Of a stretch of 64,000 nt of DNA, positions 31,336 through 40,744 are shown piece after piece (positions within the stretch are counted from its first letter, which is position 1; each line of letters begins with the position of its first letter). The position numbers and the translations under genes are program-made. A model generated the notes under the pieces. That model saw nothing but the letters and a program-made list of their open reading frames with translations, was not told the origin of the DNA and did no database searches. Location of the stretch: contig JABHAA010000147.1 in the NCBI GenBank assembly GCA_018674495.1, forward strand, positions 24,111-88,110, written 5' to 3'. The DNA is from Rhodospirillaceae bacterium. Lineage in GTDB: Bacteria; Pseudomonadota; Alphaproteobacteria; Rhodospirillales; UBA2165.

Positions 31336-31791
31336 ATGTCAAATGAATTCCTACCCGATCCCCTCCCATCGCTAGGTCGCCTCCTTTATATTGCCAATCG
31401 AGCCGTGACCGACCAAGCCGAGGCCCGTATTGCCGGCCACGACCTGACACTTACCCAATGGGTAACCTTAACGGCGCTTTGGAGGCGGGATGGCATGACC
31501 AATAACGAGTTGGCGGAATACAGCGAAGTAACACCAGCCGCTTTGTCCAAAACTTTAGGCCGTATGGAAAAGAAAAATTTAGTGAAGCGGAAAATGGATG
31601 GCTCAGACCGGCGCGTTCAGCGGGTATTCCTGACGCCTAAATCAAAAAAATTGGAACCTTTAATCAGCTTTTATAACGACATGAATGAATTAATACTGGC
31701 CGAGTTCGGCAAGCAAGAGAAAGAACTTTTGTTCAATATGCTGAACCGTATCATCGACCGTGCAGGTTCACTGGAAATCAACGAGGTATGA
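31336..31791 (+). CDS. MarR-family transcriptional regulator
   Basis: 151 aa. Winged-helix region LTLTQWVTLTALWRRDGMTNNELAEYSEVTPAALSKTLGRMEKKNLVKR..DGSDRRV. Confidence 0.85.
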   Translation: MSNEFLPDPLPSLGRLLYIANRAVTDQAEARIAGHDLTLTQWVTLTALWRRDGMTNNELAEYSEVTPAALSKTLGRMEKKNLVKRKMDGSDRRVQRVFLTPKSKKLEPLISFYNDMNELILAEFGKQEKELLFNMLNRIIDRAGSLEINEV

Positions 31792-31908
31792 CCGTTAATT
31801 CCTCTTCGGTCACAGTTTCATCTCCTTCAATTATCCCGAAATAGAGTCAAAGACTTAGACCTCATGCTGAGGAACGAGCGAAGCGAGTATCTCGAAGTAG
31901 GAGGGCGG

Positions 31909-33147
31909 TTATTTGTTGACCTGGTCCTTGCCGAAGCCGGCCATGGTCGAGTAGCCCTTGATGATCGATCGCAGCTCTTCGTCGCTCGCCACATCCGACA
32001 GATGTTCGAAGCCATCGGGCGCGCGCTCTTCAACGAGGTCGATCACCTGTTCCGGGCCGCTTCTGCGGTTTTGGTGGACGATTTCGGTGGTCGGGGGGCG
32101 CCGCGCATCTTCATAGGCCGCGATGGCGCCCGGTACCGGGTTGGAACCCGATAAGCAATCGGCGAGGCATCTGGCGTCGAGGATGGCTTGGCTGGCGCCA
32201 TTGGAGCCGACCGGGTACATGGCGTGTGCCGCGTCGCCGAGGAGCGTCACCCTGCCCTGGCTCCAATAGGGAAGCGGGTCCCGGTCGCAGCGCGGATATT
32301 CGAATATCTGATCGGTCGCATCGACGATCGACTTGGGATCAAACTCGCCGAGCTGGAAGTCTGCTTCTTGCAGGTACTTGTGCAGCAATTCGCGGTCGCC
32401 AATCCGGGACCAGTCGGCGCTGCTCTGCATATCCGTGCCAAACTCGGCCAATTTGATGGTCACCGTCCAGTTGACCAATTGCTTGCCCGGTTCCGCCACG
32501 TCGTCGGAGATCGGGTAGTAGATGAATTTGCGGTTTCTGGGGCCGGCCACCATCATTTCGGTACCCGTCTTCCAGGGCTTCTTGATCACCGCGCCCCGCC
32601 ATTGGACCACGCCGTCCCACAAGGGCGGCCCTTCGCCCGGAAAGAAGATAGCGCGCAATGTGGAATTGATGCCATCGGCGCCAATAAGAAGATCGCCAGC
32701 CGCTGACACTTCGCCGCCATCTTTGTCAAAGTACGCGGTGACACTGTCCGGGGTTTGTTCGAAGCGGGTGAAGCGATGGCCGGTGCGGACCACCGGACCC
32801 ATGCGCGCGACTACGGCGTCATGCAACACCGTCTGCAGCTTGCCGCGGTGGATCGAGAATTGGGGATAGTCGTAGCCGGCGGCCAGGCCGCGCGGCTCCT
32901 GCCAAATGGTTTGCCCAAAGCGGTTGGCGTAGGTCAACTCGCTGGTCTGAATGCCGACCCGCTGCAATTCTTCCAGCAGGCCTAATTCCGCAAGCTCCTT
33001 GATCGCATGGGGGAGTGTATTGATGCCGACGCCAAGCTCTTTGACCTCGGGCGATTGCTCAAATATCTCGGCATCGATCCCGTGCACGTGGAGTGTAAGG
33101 GCCGTCGCAAGGCCGCCAACCCCACCACCAATTATCAGCGCTTTCAT
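31909..33147 (-). CDS. FAD-dependent aromatic-ring monooxygenase (class A flavoprotein hydroxylase)
   Basis: GxGxxG motif MKALIIGGGVGGLATAL. GD motif LLGDAAHAMYPVGSNGA. Confidence 0.8.
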   Translation of the reverse strand: MKALIIGGGVGGLATALTLHVHGIDAEIFEQSPEVKELGVGINTLPHAIKELAELGLLEELQRVGIQTSELTYANRFGQTIWQEPRGLAAGYDYPQFSIHRGKLQTVLHDAVVARMGPVVRTGHRFTRFEQTPDSVTAYFDKDGGEVSAAGDLLIGADGINSTLRAIFFPGEGPPLWDGVVQWRGAVIKKPWKTGTEMMVAGPRNRKFIYYPISDDVAEPGKQLVNWTVTIKLAEFGTDMQSSADWSRIGDRELLHKYLQEADFQLGEFDPKSIVDATDQIFEYPRCDRDPLPYWSQGRVTLLGDAAHAMYPVGSNGASQAILDARCLADCLSGSNPVPGAIAAYEDARRPPTTEIVHQNRRSGPEQVIDLVEERAPDGFEHLSDVASDEELRSIIKGYSTMAGFGKDQVNK

Positions 33148-33195
33148 CTCAACGCGGTCTCACATCTGAATATTAGCGGTCCTGATCACCGCCGC

Positions 33196-34110
33196 TTAAA
33201 TCAACCCTGCCCGCTCCAGCACCCCATCCAGGCGCTTTTCGAGCTCTGGCAGTGCCGGCGCCATGGGCAGGCGGTGTTCGTTCTTAGGAATCAGGCCCAT
33301 TCGCTTCATCATATATTTGAGCGGGATCGGGTTGGTGTCGTAGAACACCGACTGGTTCAGCTCCAACAGGCTTGCGTGCAAATCCTGGCCGCGCGCCATG
33401 TCGCCAGCCCAGACCGCCTCGCACATGTCCGACAGTTTTTGCGGGCAGAGGTTGCCGACCGCGTTCATCAAGCCAACGGCACCGACGGCCATCATTGGAT
33501 AGGACAGCTCCTCCAGCCCGACGAAGACCTTGTAATCGGGGAAAGCGTCGAGGCATTCCGACACAAAACCCAGATCGTTGACCGCGTGCTTCATGCCGAC
33601 AAAGGTGGGCGAGCGGTCTTTCAGCTCCTTCACCGTGTCGAGAGTGACCGACACGGCCGCGCGGCCCGGTATGTGATAGATCATCCACGGCACGTCATGG
33701 CCTTGGGTGGCTTCTAGGTAATATTCGATGATGCCCCGCTGCGGCGGGCGGCTGTAATAAGGGGTGACAATAAGGAGCGCATCGGCGCCCGCTTGGGCCG
33801 CGTGATCGGTTAACTGCTTGGTTTCAATCAGATTCTGCGAGCCGGTGGCGACGATGACCGGAGCGCGGCCTTTCACTACTTCGATTGCGGTATCGCAGGT
33901 TTTGTTGCGTTCCTCCACCGTGAGCATGGCCGGCTCCGACGTGGTGCCGTTGACCAAGATGCAGTGGGAGCGTTCCAGATGAAACTCCACCAGCCCGGCA
34001 TAGGCGTCATAATCCACGGCGCCATCTTTGAAGGGCGTGATCAGCGGCGGCGCGGAACCTTTGATGGCGTCTAGATCGTGGGACATGGGGAAACTTCCTC
34101 TGATTGGCAT
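33196..34110 (-). CDS. Dihydrodipicolinate-synthase/N-acetylneuraminate-lyase-family class I aldolase
   Basis: NGTTSE motif and a Schiff-base lysine context (FVGMKHAV). About 300 aa. The substrate cannot be assigned. Confidence 0.8.
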   Translation of the reverse strand: MPIRGSFPMSHDLDAIKGSAPPLITPFKDGAVDYDAYAGLVEFHLERSHCILVNGTTSEPAMLTVEERNKTCDTAIEVVKGRAPVIVATGSQNLIETKQLTDHAAQAGADALLIVTPYYSRPPQRGIIEYYLEATQGHDVPWMIYHIPGRAAVSVTLDTVKELKDRSPTFVGMKHAVNDLGFVSECLDAFPDYKVFVGLEELSYPMMAVGAVGLMNAVGNLCPQKLSDMCEAVWAGDMARGQDLHASLLELNQSVFYDTNPIPLKYMMKRMGLIPKNEHRLPMAPALPELEKRLDGVLERAGLI

Positions 34111-34209
34111 TGGGTTTAAGCGGTTAAGATAGCGGGAAATTCCAGAACGTCAATTTGTGCAGTGGCCGCCCCATTGGCTACAATCGGGAGCCCCTCAATC
34201 GGAGATACC

Positions 34210-35802
34210 ATGGCGGACCAAAAAGACAATCACCAAGAAGTCCGCAGCTATCATGCGGCCACTTCCCATGGCGAGCGTGGCTTCGCGCCCGGTCCCGGCG
34301 TTTTGGATTGGGCCAACCAGCCGGACCCGTTCCGCCGCTACGCGGGCGCCGAGCTATTGCCGTTGCCTTTGACACCAGGACCGGCGGAGATCGATTTCAG
34401 CGCTCTCGATACGGTAGGAGGGATCGAGGCCAGACCGCTCGGGCCGGAAAGCCTGTCTCTGTTTTTGGAATTATCCATGGGCCTGACCGCCTGGAAATCC
34501 TACCAAGGCAACCGCTGGGCCTTGCGCGCCAATGCGTCCAGCGGCAACCTGCATCCCACCGAATGTACCCTGGCGGCACCCGCCATCCCCGGGTTAAGCG
34601 AACAGCCCGGCATCTATCATTATGCTCCGCTGGACCACGGGCTGGAGCGTTTGGCCACGCCCGGCGGGGATGGCGCCTCCATGCTGGCGATCCTTTCCTC
34701 GGTGCATTGGCGGGAAGCCTGGAAATATGGCGAGCGCGCCTACCGCTATTGCCAGTTGGACGCCGGCCATGCACTGGGCTCCATCGCCTACGCTGCTGCG
34801 CTGTTGGGCTGGCGGGCGCGGCTATTGCCGGAACCATCGGACGAAGAATTGGCGGGCCTGGCCGGGCTGGACCAAAGAGAATTTGCCCCCGGCGAAAGCG
34901 AGGTCCCCGACTTCGCCATCAAAATTGATACTGGCGCCGGGACAAGCGCGCCGGCGGGCCCGATCATTGGGGACTGGCAGGGCACCCCCAACCGCCTGAG
35001 CCGGCAGCATGTGCGCTGGCGGGGTATCGAGGCGGTCGATGCCGCCGCCGCAAAACCACGGACTTCGGCTCCCAGCCAGTCACCAATGCCATTGGTGGCC
35101 GGAGGGCGCGGCAATATCGGTATCGCCGCCGTGGACATTATCCGCCGCCGGCGTAGCGCCGTGGCCATGGATGGCGCCACCTCCATGGGCAAGGACGCCT
35201 TCCTCTCCCTGCTGGGGCGCGCCATGCCGCAGCCCGGCGCCGTTCCGTGGAATGCCCTGCCCCATGCCCCTTCGCTCTCGCTGGCGATCTTCGTCCACCG
35301 GGTTGATGGCTTGCCGCCGGGCCTCTATCTGCTGGCGCGCAACACTTCGCACGCGCCCCGCCTCCGCGCCGCTTGTGATGCGGAATTTGCGTGGGCCGCG
35401 GTTGCCGACGGACTGCCCCTCTATCTGTTGCGCGAAGGCGATATGCGGGATGCGGCGCGAAGCATTAGTTGCGGTCAGGATATCGCCGCCGACGGCGCCT
35501 TCGCCATGGGTATGATCGCCGATTTCGAAGCCGTCTTGAAGGCCGACGGCCCCTGTGCCTATCGCCGCCTCCATTGGGAGGCCGGGTTGATCGGCCAAAT
35601 GCTGTATCTGGAAGCCGAAGCGGCGGGCCTTCGCGCCACCGGCATCGGCTGCTATTTCGATGGGTCGATGCGGGACCTGCTCGGTCTGACAAGCCAAGAT
35701 TGGCAGAGCCTCTACCATTTCACCATCGGCGGCGCGGTGGAGGACGAGCGGCTGGAAACCCAGGGCGGCTATCACCATCTGGGCGACGTGCGGCGGTCTT
35801 AA
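34210..35802 (+). CDS. SagB/ThcOx-type (double nitroreductase-fold) dehydrogenase-family protein
   Basis: N-terminus YHAATSH....LDWANQPDPFRRY, as I recall for the SagB-type family. Two nitroreductase-like halves. RBS GGAGAT precedes ATG 34210. Confidence 0.65.
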   Translation: MADQKDNHQEVRSYHAATSHGERGFAPGPGVLDWANQPDPFRRYAGAELLPLPLTPGPAEIDFSALDTVGGIEARPLGPESLSLFLELSMGLTAWKSYQGNRWALRANASSGNLHPTECTLAAPAIPGLSEQPGIYHYAPLDHGLERLATPGGDGASMLAILSSVHWREAWKYGERAYRYCQLDAGHALGSIAYAAALLGWRARLLPEPSDEELAGLAGLDQREFAPGESEVPDFAIKIDTGAGTSAPAGPIIGDWQGTPNRLSRQHVRWRGIEAVDAAAAKPRTSAPSQSPMPLVAGGRGNIGIAAVDIIRRRRSAVAMDGATSMGKDAFLSLLGRAMPQPGAVPWNALPHAPSLSLAIFVHRVDGLPPGLYLLARNTSHAPRLRAACDAEFAWAAVADGLPLYLLREGDMRDAARSISCGQDIAADGAFAMGMIADFEAVLKADGPCAYRRLHWEAGLIGQMLYLEAEAAGLRATGIGCYFDGSMRDLLGLTSQDWQSLYHFTIGGAVEDERLETQGGYHHLGDVRRS

Positions 35803-36044
35803 CCGCCCTCCATCTTCGGCACCAGGACGATCTCCTTGGCGTCATCGATACGCTGCAGCAATGCGTCCTCCATCACCTCGCCATCGATGGCGACGGCGAA
35901 ACCGGTTTCCAGGACCGGCGCCAGCCTCGGATAAAGCGCGCCCAGCTTCTTGAACAGCTGCAGCACGTTGGGCGCATCGATCTCCACGGCGTCATCGTCG
36001 CCGGTATATTGGCGCACCTCCCCCATGAAGACGACGCGCGCCAA
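35799..36044 (-). CDS. MoaD/ThiS-family ubiquitin-like small protein ending in Gly-Gly
   Basis: 81 aa. Starts MARVVFMGEVRQYTGDD... and ends ...EIVLVPKMEGG-stop. This parallels E. coli MoaD (..VLFFAQVRELVG.. / ..FFPPVTGG). It lies 3 nt downstream of the Mo-subunit gene. Confidence 0.65.
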   Translation of the reverse strand: MARVVFMGEVRQYTGDDDAVEIDAPNVLQLFKKLGALYPRLAPVLETGFAVAIDGEVMEDALLQRIDDAKEIVLVPKMEGG

Positions 36045-36047
36045 GGC

Positions 36048-38318
36048 TTATCCTCCTGCGTCCTTGATCGCCTTCCTGATTTTCGGCGGCGACACCGGCA
36101 GATCGCGGAAACGAAGCCCAACGGCGTTTTCCACCGCGTTGGCAACGGCGGCTTGCGGCGGCACGATGGGCGTCTCGCCGACACCGCGCACACCATATGG
36201 ATGGTTCGGGTTTGGCACTTCGATCATGCAGACATCGATCATCGGCACGTCCGAGGCCACCGGCACCCGGTAATCCAAGAAGCCGGGATTTTCCAGGCGC
36301 CCCTTGTCATCATAAATATATTCTTCGTTCAATGCCCAACCAATGCCCTGCACGGCGCCGCCCTGCAGCTGGCCTTCCACATAGTCGGGCGAGATGGCCC
36401 GGCCCACGTCTTGGAACACCGTGTAGCGCAGCACCTTCACATGGCCTGACTCTCTGTCCACCTCCACATCCACCAGATGGGCGCCGGTAGCCGGCCCCTG
36501 GCCGGTGGCGTTAATCTCCGCATGGCCGGCGATGGGTCCGCCGGTCATCGGCGCCTTGGCGGCGATCTCGGCGAGGCTCATGGGTTCATGATCGCCCACA
36601 TTGGCGCCGGCCGGGCGGGCATGGCCGTCTTCCCAGACCACCTCTTCTTCGGAGACGCCCCACATCTGGGCAGCCCGGTCGCAAGCGACTTTAATGGCAT
36701 TTCTGGCGGCCAGCACACAGGCCATGCCGGTGGCGAAGGTAACGCGGCTACCGGCGGTGAGGAAGGTAAAGCCGAGCGACGACGTATCGCTGATAATCGG
36801 ACGCACCTTGTTGTAATCGATGCCCAACTCCTCGGCCACCATGGCCGCCATGGAGGCCCGGCTGCCGCCGATGTCGGGGTTACCCTCGATCAGGGTCACC
36901 GTGCCGTCGTCGGATACATTGACCGAAGCACAGCTCATGCCGCCGGCGTGCAACCAGTATCCGGCGGCAAGGCCGCGGCCCTGGTTTTCACCAAGCGGCG
37001 CGTTGTAATGGGGGTGCGCCTTCATTTTTTCCAGCATCTCTTGAAAGCCGATGGGACCGTATTTCATCCCCATGACATTTTGCGTGCCTTCCTTGGCCGC
37101 GTTTATGAGGCGCAGATCGACCCGATCAATCCCCAGCTCATCAGCAAGTTCGTTGATTACACCTTCGACGCCGAACGCTGCCATCGGCACACCAGGGGCG
37201 CGGTAGGCGGCAACCTTGGGCCGGTTGACGCAAACGTCATAACCCCAAACATGAATGTTTTCCAAATCATAAGGCGAGAACATGCAATTCATGGCGGCGC
37301 CAATGCTGGCGCCTTTAAACGCGCCGGCCTGATAGGTCATTTCGCCCTCGGCCGCCGTGATGGTGCCGTCTTTCTTGGCGCCGATTTTGATGCGCACATG
37401 GGCGCCAGAAGTCGGCCCGGTCGCGCGGAACACTTCGTCCCGGCTCATGACCATCTTGACGGGGCGGCGCGCCAGCTGTGCCAAGCGGATAGCCACAGGC
37501 TCACTATAGATCGGGATCTTGCCGCCGAAGCCACCGCCGATTTCCGACGAAGTAACGCGGATTTTGGAAATATCCAAACCCAAAAGCTTGGCACAGGAAC
37601 CACGATCCACGTACTGACCTTGGGTTGAACAAAATAGCTCAACCCCATCATCCGAAGCCTGGGCAACGCAGGCATGTGGCTCGATATAGCCCTGATGCAC
37701 GGCCTTGGTGGTAAATTCGCGCTCAATCACCAGATCAGCTTCGGCGAAGCCTTTTTCCACATCGCCTTTTTGGGCGCGTGGAATCCGGTAGACGTTGGAC
37801 GGCTTGGCGGTTTTTTCGTCCTCGCCCTCCGTAACTTGATCATCGTGCAAGATCGGCGCGTCCGGTTTCATGGCTTCGACCGGGTCGATCACATGGGGCA
37901 GAACTTCGTAATCGACTTCGATAAGTTTCAACGCTTGCCTGGCGATTTTTTCGCTGGTCGCCGCAACCGCAGCCACCGGATGGCCATCATAGAGCACCTT
38001 GTCGCGGGCCATCATATTCATGGAATTGTCGCGAAAATCAGAAATCATCGGCCCGTGCGGTCCCGGTGGTTTGGGAATCGCCGGAAAATCGGCACTGGTT
38101 ACCACGGCCTTGACGCCGGCCAGGGCCTTTGCTTTCGAAGTATCAATGGACTTAATGCGTGCATGGGCGTGCGGCGAGCGCAGCGTCTTGCCAACTAACA
38201 TGCCAGGCAAATACAAATCGGCGCCGTATTTGGCGCGGCCAGTGACCTTGTCGACGCCGTCCGGGCGGGGGTTGCGCTTGCCGACCCATTTAAATTCGGT
38301 ATTCACTTCGTCAGGCAT
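36048..38318 (-). CDS. Xanthine-dehydrogenase-family molybdopterin-binding large subunit (aldehyde oxidase/CoxL-like)
   Basis: 757-codon ORF from ATG 38318 (MPDEVNTEFKWVGK). Contains the GGGFGGK motif. The upstream extension in the track overlaps the 2Fe-2S gene, so I rejected it. Confidence 0.85.
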   Translation of the reverse strand: MPDEVNTEFKWVGKRNPRPDGVDKVTGRAKYGADLYLPGMLVGKTLRSPHAHARIKSIDTSKAKALAGVKAVVTSADFPAIPKPPGPHGPMISDFRDNSMNMMARDKVLYDGHPVAAVAATSEKIARQALKLIEVDYEVLPHVIDPVEAMKPDAPILHDDQVTEGEDEKTAKPSNVYRIPRAQKGDVEKGFAEADLVIEREFTTKAVHQGYIEPHACVAQASDDGVELFCSTQGQYVDRGSCAKLLGLDISKIRVTSSEIGGGFGGKIPIYSEPVAIRLAQLARRPVKMVMSRDEVFRATGPTSGAHVRIKIGAKKDGTITAAEGEMTYQAGAFKGASIGAAMNCMFSPYDLENIHVWGYDVCVNRPKVAAYRAPGVPMAAFGVEGVINELADELGIDRVDLRLINAAKEGTQNVMGMKYGPIGFQEMLEKMKAHPHYNAPLGENQGRGLAAGYWLHAGGMSCASVNVSDDGTVTLIEGNPDIGGSRASMAAMVAEELGIDYNKVRPIISDTSSLGFTFLTAGSRVTFATGMACVLAARNAIKVACDRAAQMWGVSEEEVVWEDGHARPAGANVGDHEPMSLAEIAAKAPMTGGPIAGHAEINATGQGPATGAHLVDVEVDRESGHVKVLRYTVFQDVGRAISPDYVEGQLQGGAVQGIGWALNEEYIYDDKGRLENPGFLDYRVPVASDVPMIDVCMIEVPNPNHPYGVRGVGETPIVPPQAAVANAVENAVGLRFRDLPVSPPKIRKAIKDAGG

Positions 38319-38320
38319 AA

Positions 38321-38797
38321 TCAGGCTCCTCTCATTTCGGCGGCCGTTTCCATGACGGCGCGGATAATTTTGTCGTAACCGGTGCAGCGGCAGAGATTGC
38401 CGGCCAGCCAGAAGCGAACTTCGGTCTCGGATGGGTCTGGATTTTTCTCCAACAGGTTCTTGGCGGCGACCAGAACGCCCGGCGTGCAGATACCGCATTG
38501 CAGGGCGGCCATATCAATGAAGTTGCGCTGCAACGGATGCAGCGCATCGCCGTCGGCCATGCCTTCGATAGTTTCAATCTTGTGGCCGTGGGTCTCGACG
38601 CCCAAGACCAGACAGGAGCAGATCAGCCTTCCATCCATGGTCACAGAGCAAGCCCCGCAATCGCCGGTCCCGCAGCCTTCCTTGGTGCCGGTCATGTGCA
38701 ATTCGTCGCGCAGCACATCCAACAATGTTTGTTCGGTCTCGCAGAGAAATTCGGTCTCATCGCCGTTGATGGTGGTGGTTACGTGTGTTTTGGCCAT
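38321..38797 (-). CDS. (2Fe-2S)-binding small subunit of the molybdo-hydroxylase (CoxS-like)
   Basis: Plant-type cluster CGTGDCGACSV. Second cluster CGICTPG...CRCTGY. Confidence 0.9.
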   Translation of the reverse strand: MAKTHVTTTINGDETEFLCETEQTLLDVLRDELHMTGTKEGCGTGDCGACSVTMDGRLICSCLVLGVETHGHKIETIEGMADGDALHPLQRNFIDMAALQCGICTPGVLVAAKNLLEKNPDPSETEVRFWLAGNLCRCTGYDKIIRAVMETAAEMRGA

Positions 38798-38799
38798 GG

Positions 38800-39666
38800 T
38801 TATTTTCCCGCCCGTGTGAATGCTATCGATGCCACCCGGCGCGCCAGGACGCCAGCGATATCAGTGCGGAACTCAACGGTTCCGCGTTTGTCGTCGATGG
38901 GGCTGCAAGCGGCACTGACCGCCGCCGCCAGATTGTCCATCGCCGCCTCATCAAGCTTGCTGCCGATAAGTGCGTCCGCTGCCGCATCCACCAACAGGGC
39001 CGTCGGTGCAACTGCGCCCAGCCCGACCCGGGCCGCTGTGCAAACGCCATCACCGTCCAGGCTCAGCGAGATGCCGACACCGACCACCGCGATATCCATT
39101 TCCGTTCTCGGGATGAAGCGCAAATAGGCGTCGCCGGAATTGGCGGGGCGTTTGGGCAAAAAGATCGAAGCGACAATCTCGCCGCTCGCCAGAGAGGTTT
39201 TCCCCGGCCCGGTTGCGATGTCTTCCACGGCCACGTCGCGCTGGCCATCGGGCCCAATCACGCGGGCCACGGCGCCGGCGGCGATCATTGCGGGCACACT
39301 GTCGGCGGCGGGCGATGCGTTGCAAAGATTACCGCCAAGGCTTGCCCGCCCCTGTACCTGGGTCGAGCCGATCAATTCCGCCGCCTCGACCACGCCGGGC
39401 CAAGCAGCAGCTAGCGCCGCATCCTCTCCCAATTCGGCGCCCGGCACGGCGGCGCCGACGCGAAAGCCGCCGTCTTCTTCGGCGATGGTGCGGGTCTCGG
39501 CGATGTTTTTGATATCGATGAGCAATGTGGGTTCCACCACATCAAATTTCATTTGCACCAAAAGATCGGTGCCGCCCGCAAGAATGCGCGCTTTGCCGCC
39601 GGCACCAGCCAGCAGCGCCGATGCGGCGGCCAGATCTTCCGGCGCCTGGTATTGTATGTCAGCCAA
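38800..39666 (-). CDS. FAD-binding medium subunit of the molybdo-hydroxylase (CoxM-like)
   Basis: ILAGGTDLLV FAD-binding motif. 288 aa. Confidence 0.85.
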   Translation of the reverse strand: MADIQYQAPEDLAAASALLAGAGGKARILAGGTDLLVQMKFDVVEPTLLIDIKNIAETRTIAEEDGGFRVGAAVPGAELGEDAALAAAWPGVVEAAELIGSTQVQGRASLGGNLCNASPAADSVPAMIAAGAVARVIGPDGQRDVAVEDIATGPGKTSLASGEIVASIFLPKRPANSGDAYLRFIPRTEMDIAVVGVGISLSLDGDGVCTAARVGLGAVAPTALLVDAAADALIGSKLDEAAMDNLAAAVSAACSPIDDKRGTVEFRTDIAGVLARRVASIAFTRAGK

Positions 39667-39693
39667 AGTCCCCTCCTGATTGCAAAGCCGCGC

Positions 39694-40641
39694 TCAAGCG
39701 CCCGGCCCTTGAATAAAATCCAGTATTTCCGCCGCTACGGTTTCGTCCGACGTGCCCATGGACATGGTCGGCGACGGATGATTGTGGCCAAGCAACAGCT
39801 TGAACCGGGGCAAACGCCCAAATTGCCGGGTCAGCTCGGCAACCAATTGGGTGCCCGATGCGCCGAACATAATCGGCTCGAACTCGGCGGCGGTCACGAA
39901 CACCTCGAAATCGCCCCATTCGATATTGCCGAGCAACTGTATGGCGTCATATTTGGAGGCATCGTCGCCGTAATAGGCCGCGTTGACGCGCTCCGGGTTG
40001 ATGCCGTAGGTGCCGGACATCAAGATAACGCCGGCAGCCCCATGCCCACCATCGGGCTGCAAGTCCTTGTGCAGGGCGAACGTGGCCACATGGGCGGAGC
40101 CCGCCGAATGGCCGATCACGTAAATTTTGTCAGGATCGCCGCCATATTCGGCGATATTGGCGCGCGCCCAGGCAACGGCGGCGCCCACGTCTTCGGCTCC
40201 CGCCGGCCACGGCGCACCTGGCGCCAGCCGATAAGTACAGTTGACGCCAATCATGCCGTTGGCGGCGAAATAATTGGCGACGTTGCCATAAACATAGGGG
40301 CCTTCGGAATTCTTGTGGCCCTCGACGAAACCGCCGCCGTGAAAGAACAAAACCACCGGCGCCGGGCCGGACGGCTTATCATCTGCCACATGCACATCCA
40401 GCAGATTGCGCGTAGCATCATCGCCATATTGGATATCGCTGGTGATGGTGACACGTTCCCAATCCAGCGCCTTCAATAGCGGCAGGTAAAGATCGCGGGT
40501 GGCAGCCAAAATTTCCGGGTTGAAGTTGGCACCCATTTCGCGGATTTTTGCGGCCACGTTGTCTTGTACGCCGCGCACCGGGGTCGTGCCGTGCGGTGTG
40601 ATCTGGTCCATCTCGCCCTCCCAACATTGTAATTTACTCAC
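39694..40641 (-). CDS. Alpha/beta-hydrolase-fold esterase (HGGG-type)
   Basis: Oxyanion motif FFHGGGF and nucleophile elbow GHSAG. Lies 27 bp upstream of the FAD-subunit gene on the same strand. The start may be ATG 40611. Confidence 0.75.
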   Translation of the reverse strand: MSKLQCWEGEMDQITPHGTTPVRGVQDNVAAKIREMGANFNPEILAATRDLYLPLLKALDWERVTITSDIQYGDDATRNLLDVHVADDKPSGPAPVVLFFHGGGFVEGHKNSEGPYVYGNVANYFAANGMIGVNCTYRLAPGAPWPAGAEDVGAAVAWARANIAEYGGDPDKIYVIGHSAGSAHVATFALHKDLQPDGGHGAAGVILMSGTYGINPERVNAAYYGDDASKYDAIQLLGNIEWGDFEVFVTAAEFEPIMFGASGTQLVAELTRQFGRLPRFKLLLGHNHPSPTMSMGTSDETVAAEILDFIQGPGA

Positions 40642-40744
40642 CTATCCTACCGCCTAATCGTCGAGGCGCAATCGGAATTGCCTTTCAAGATATCGACACG
40701 ATCGATTAAAGTGGCAGCTTCATGAAGGGCTGGGATGAAAGAAC

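Noticed and set aside
35080-37628. Further shadow ORFs in the accessory half, for example 35080..35778, 35469..36449, 36477..37628, 39553..40479, 45327..46103, 46520..48067, 52046..52852, 55903..57084, 57081..57854 and 60641..61384
   Set aside because: The reasoning is the same as for the previous entry. Each overlaps a motif-supported gene on the opposite strand or in another frame and has low-complexity composition.
36048-38498. 816-aa version of the Mo-subunit ORF overlapping the 2Fe-2S gene
   Set aside because: The 60 extra N-terminal codons are Arg-rich nonsense (MRYLHAGRSGRRQEP..) and overlap the CoxS-like gene out of frame. ATG 38318 (MPDEVNTEFKW), 2 nt after the coxS stop, gives the conserved N-terminus.
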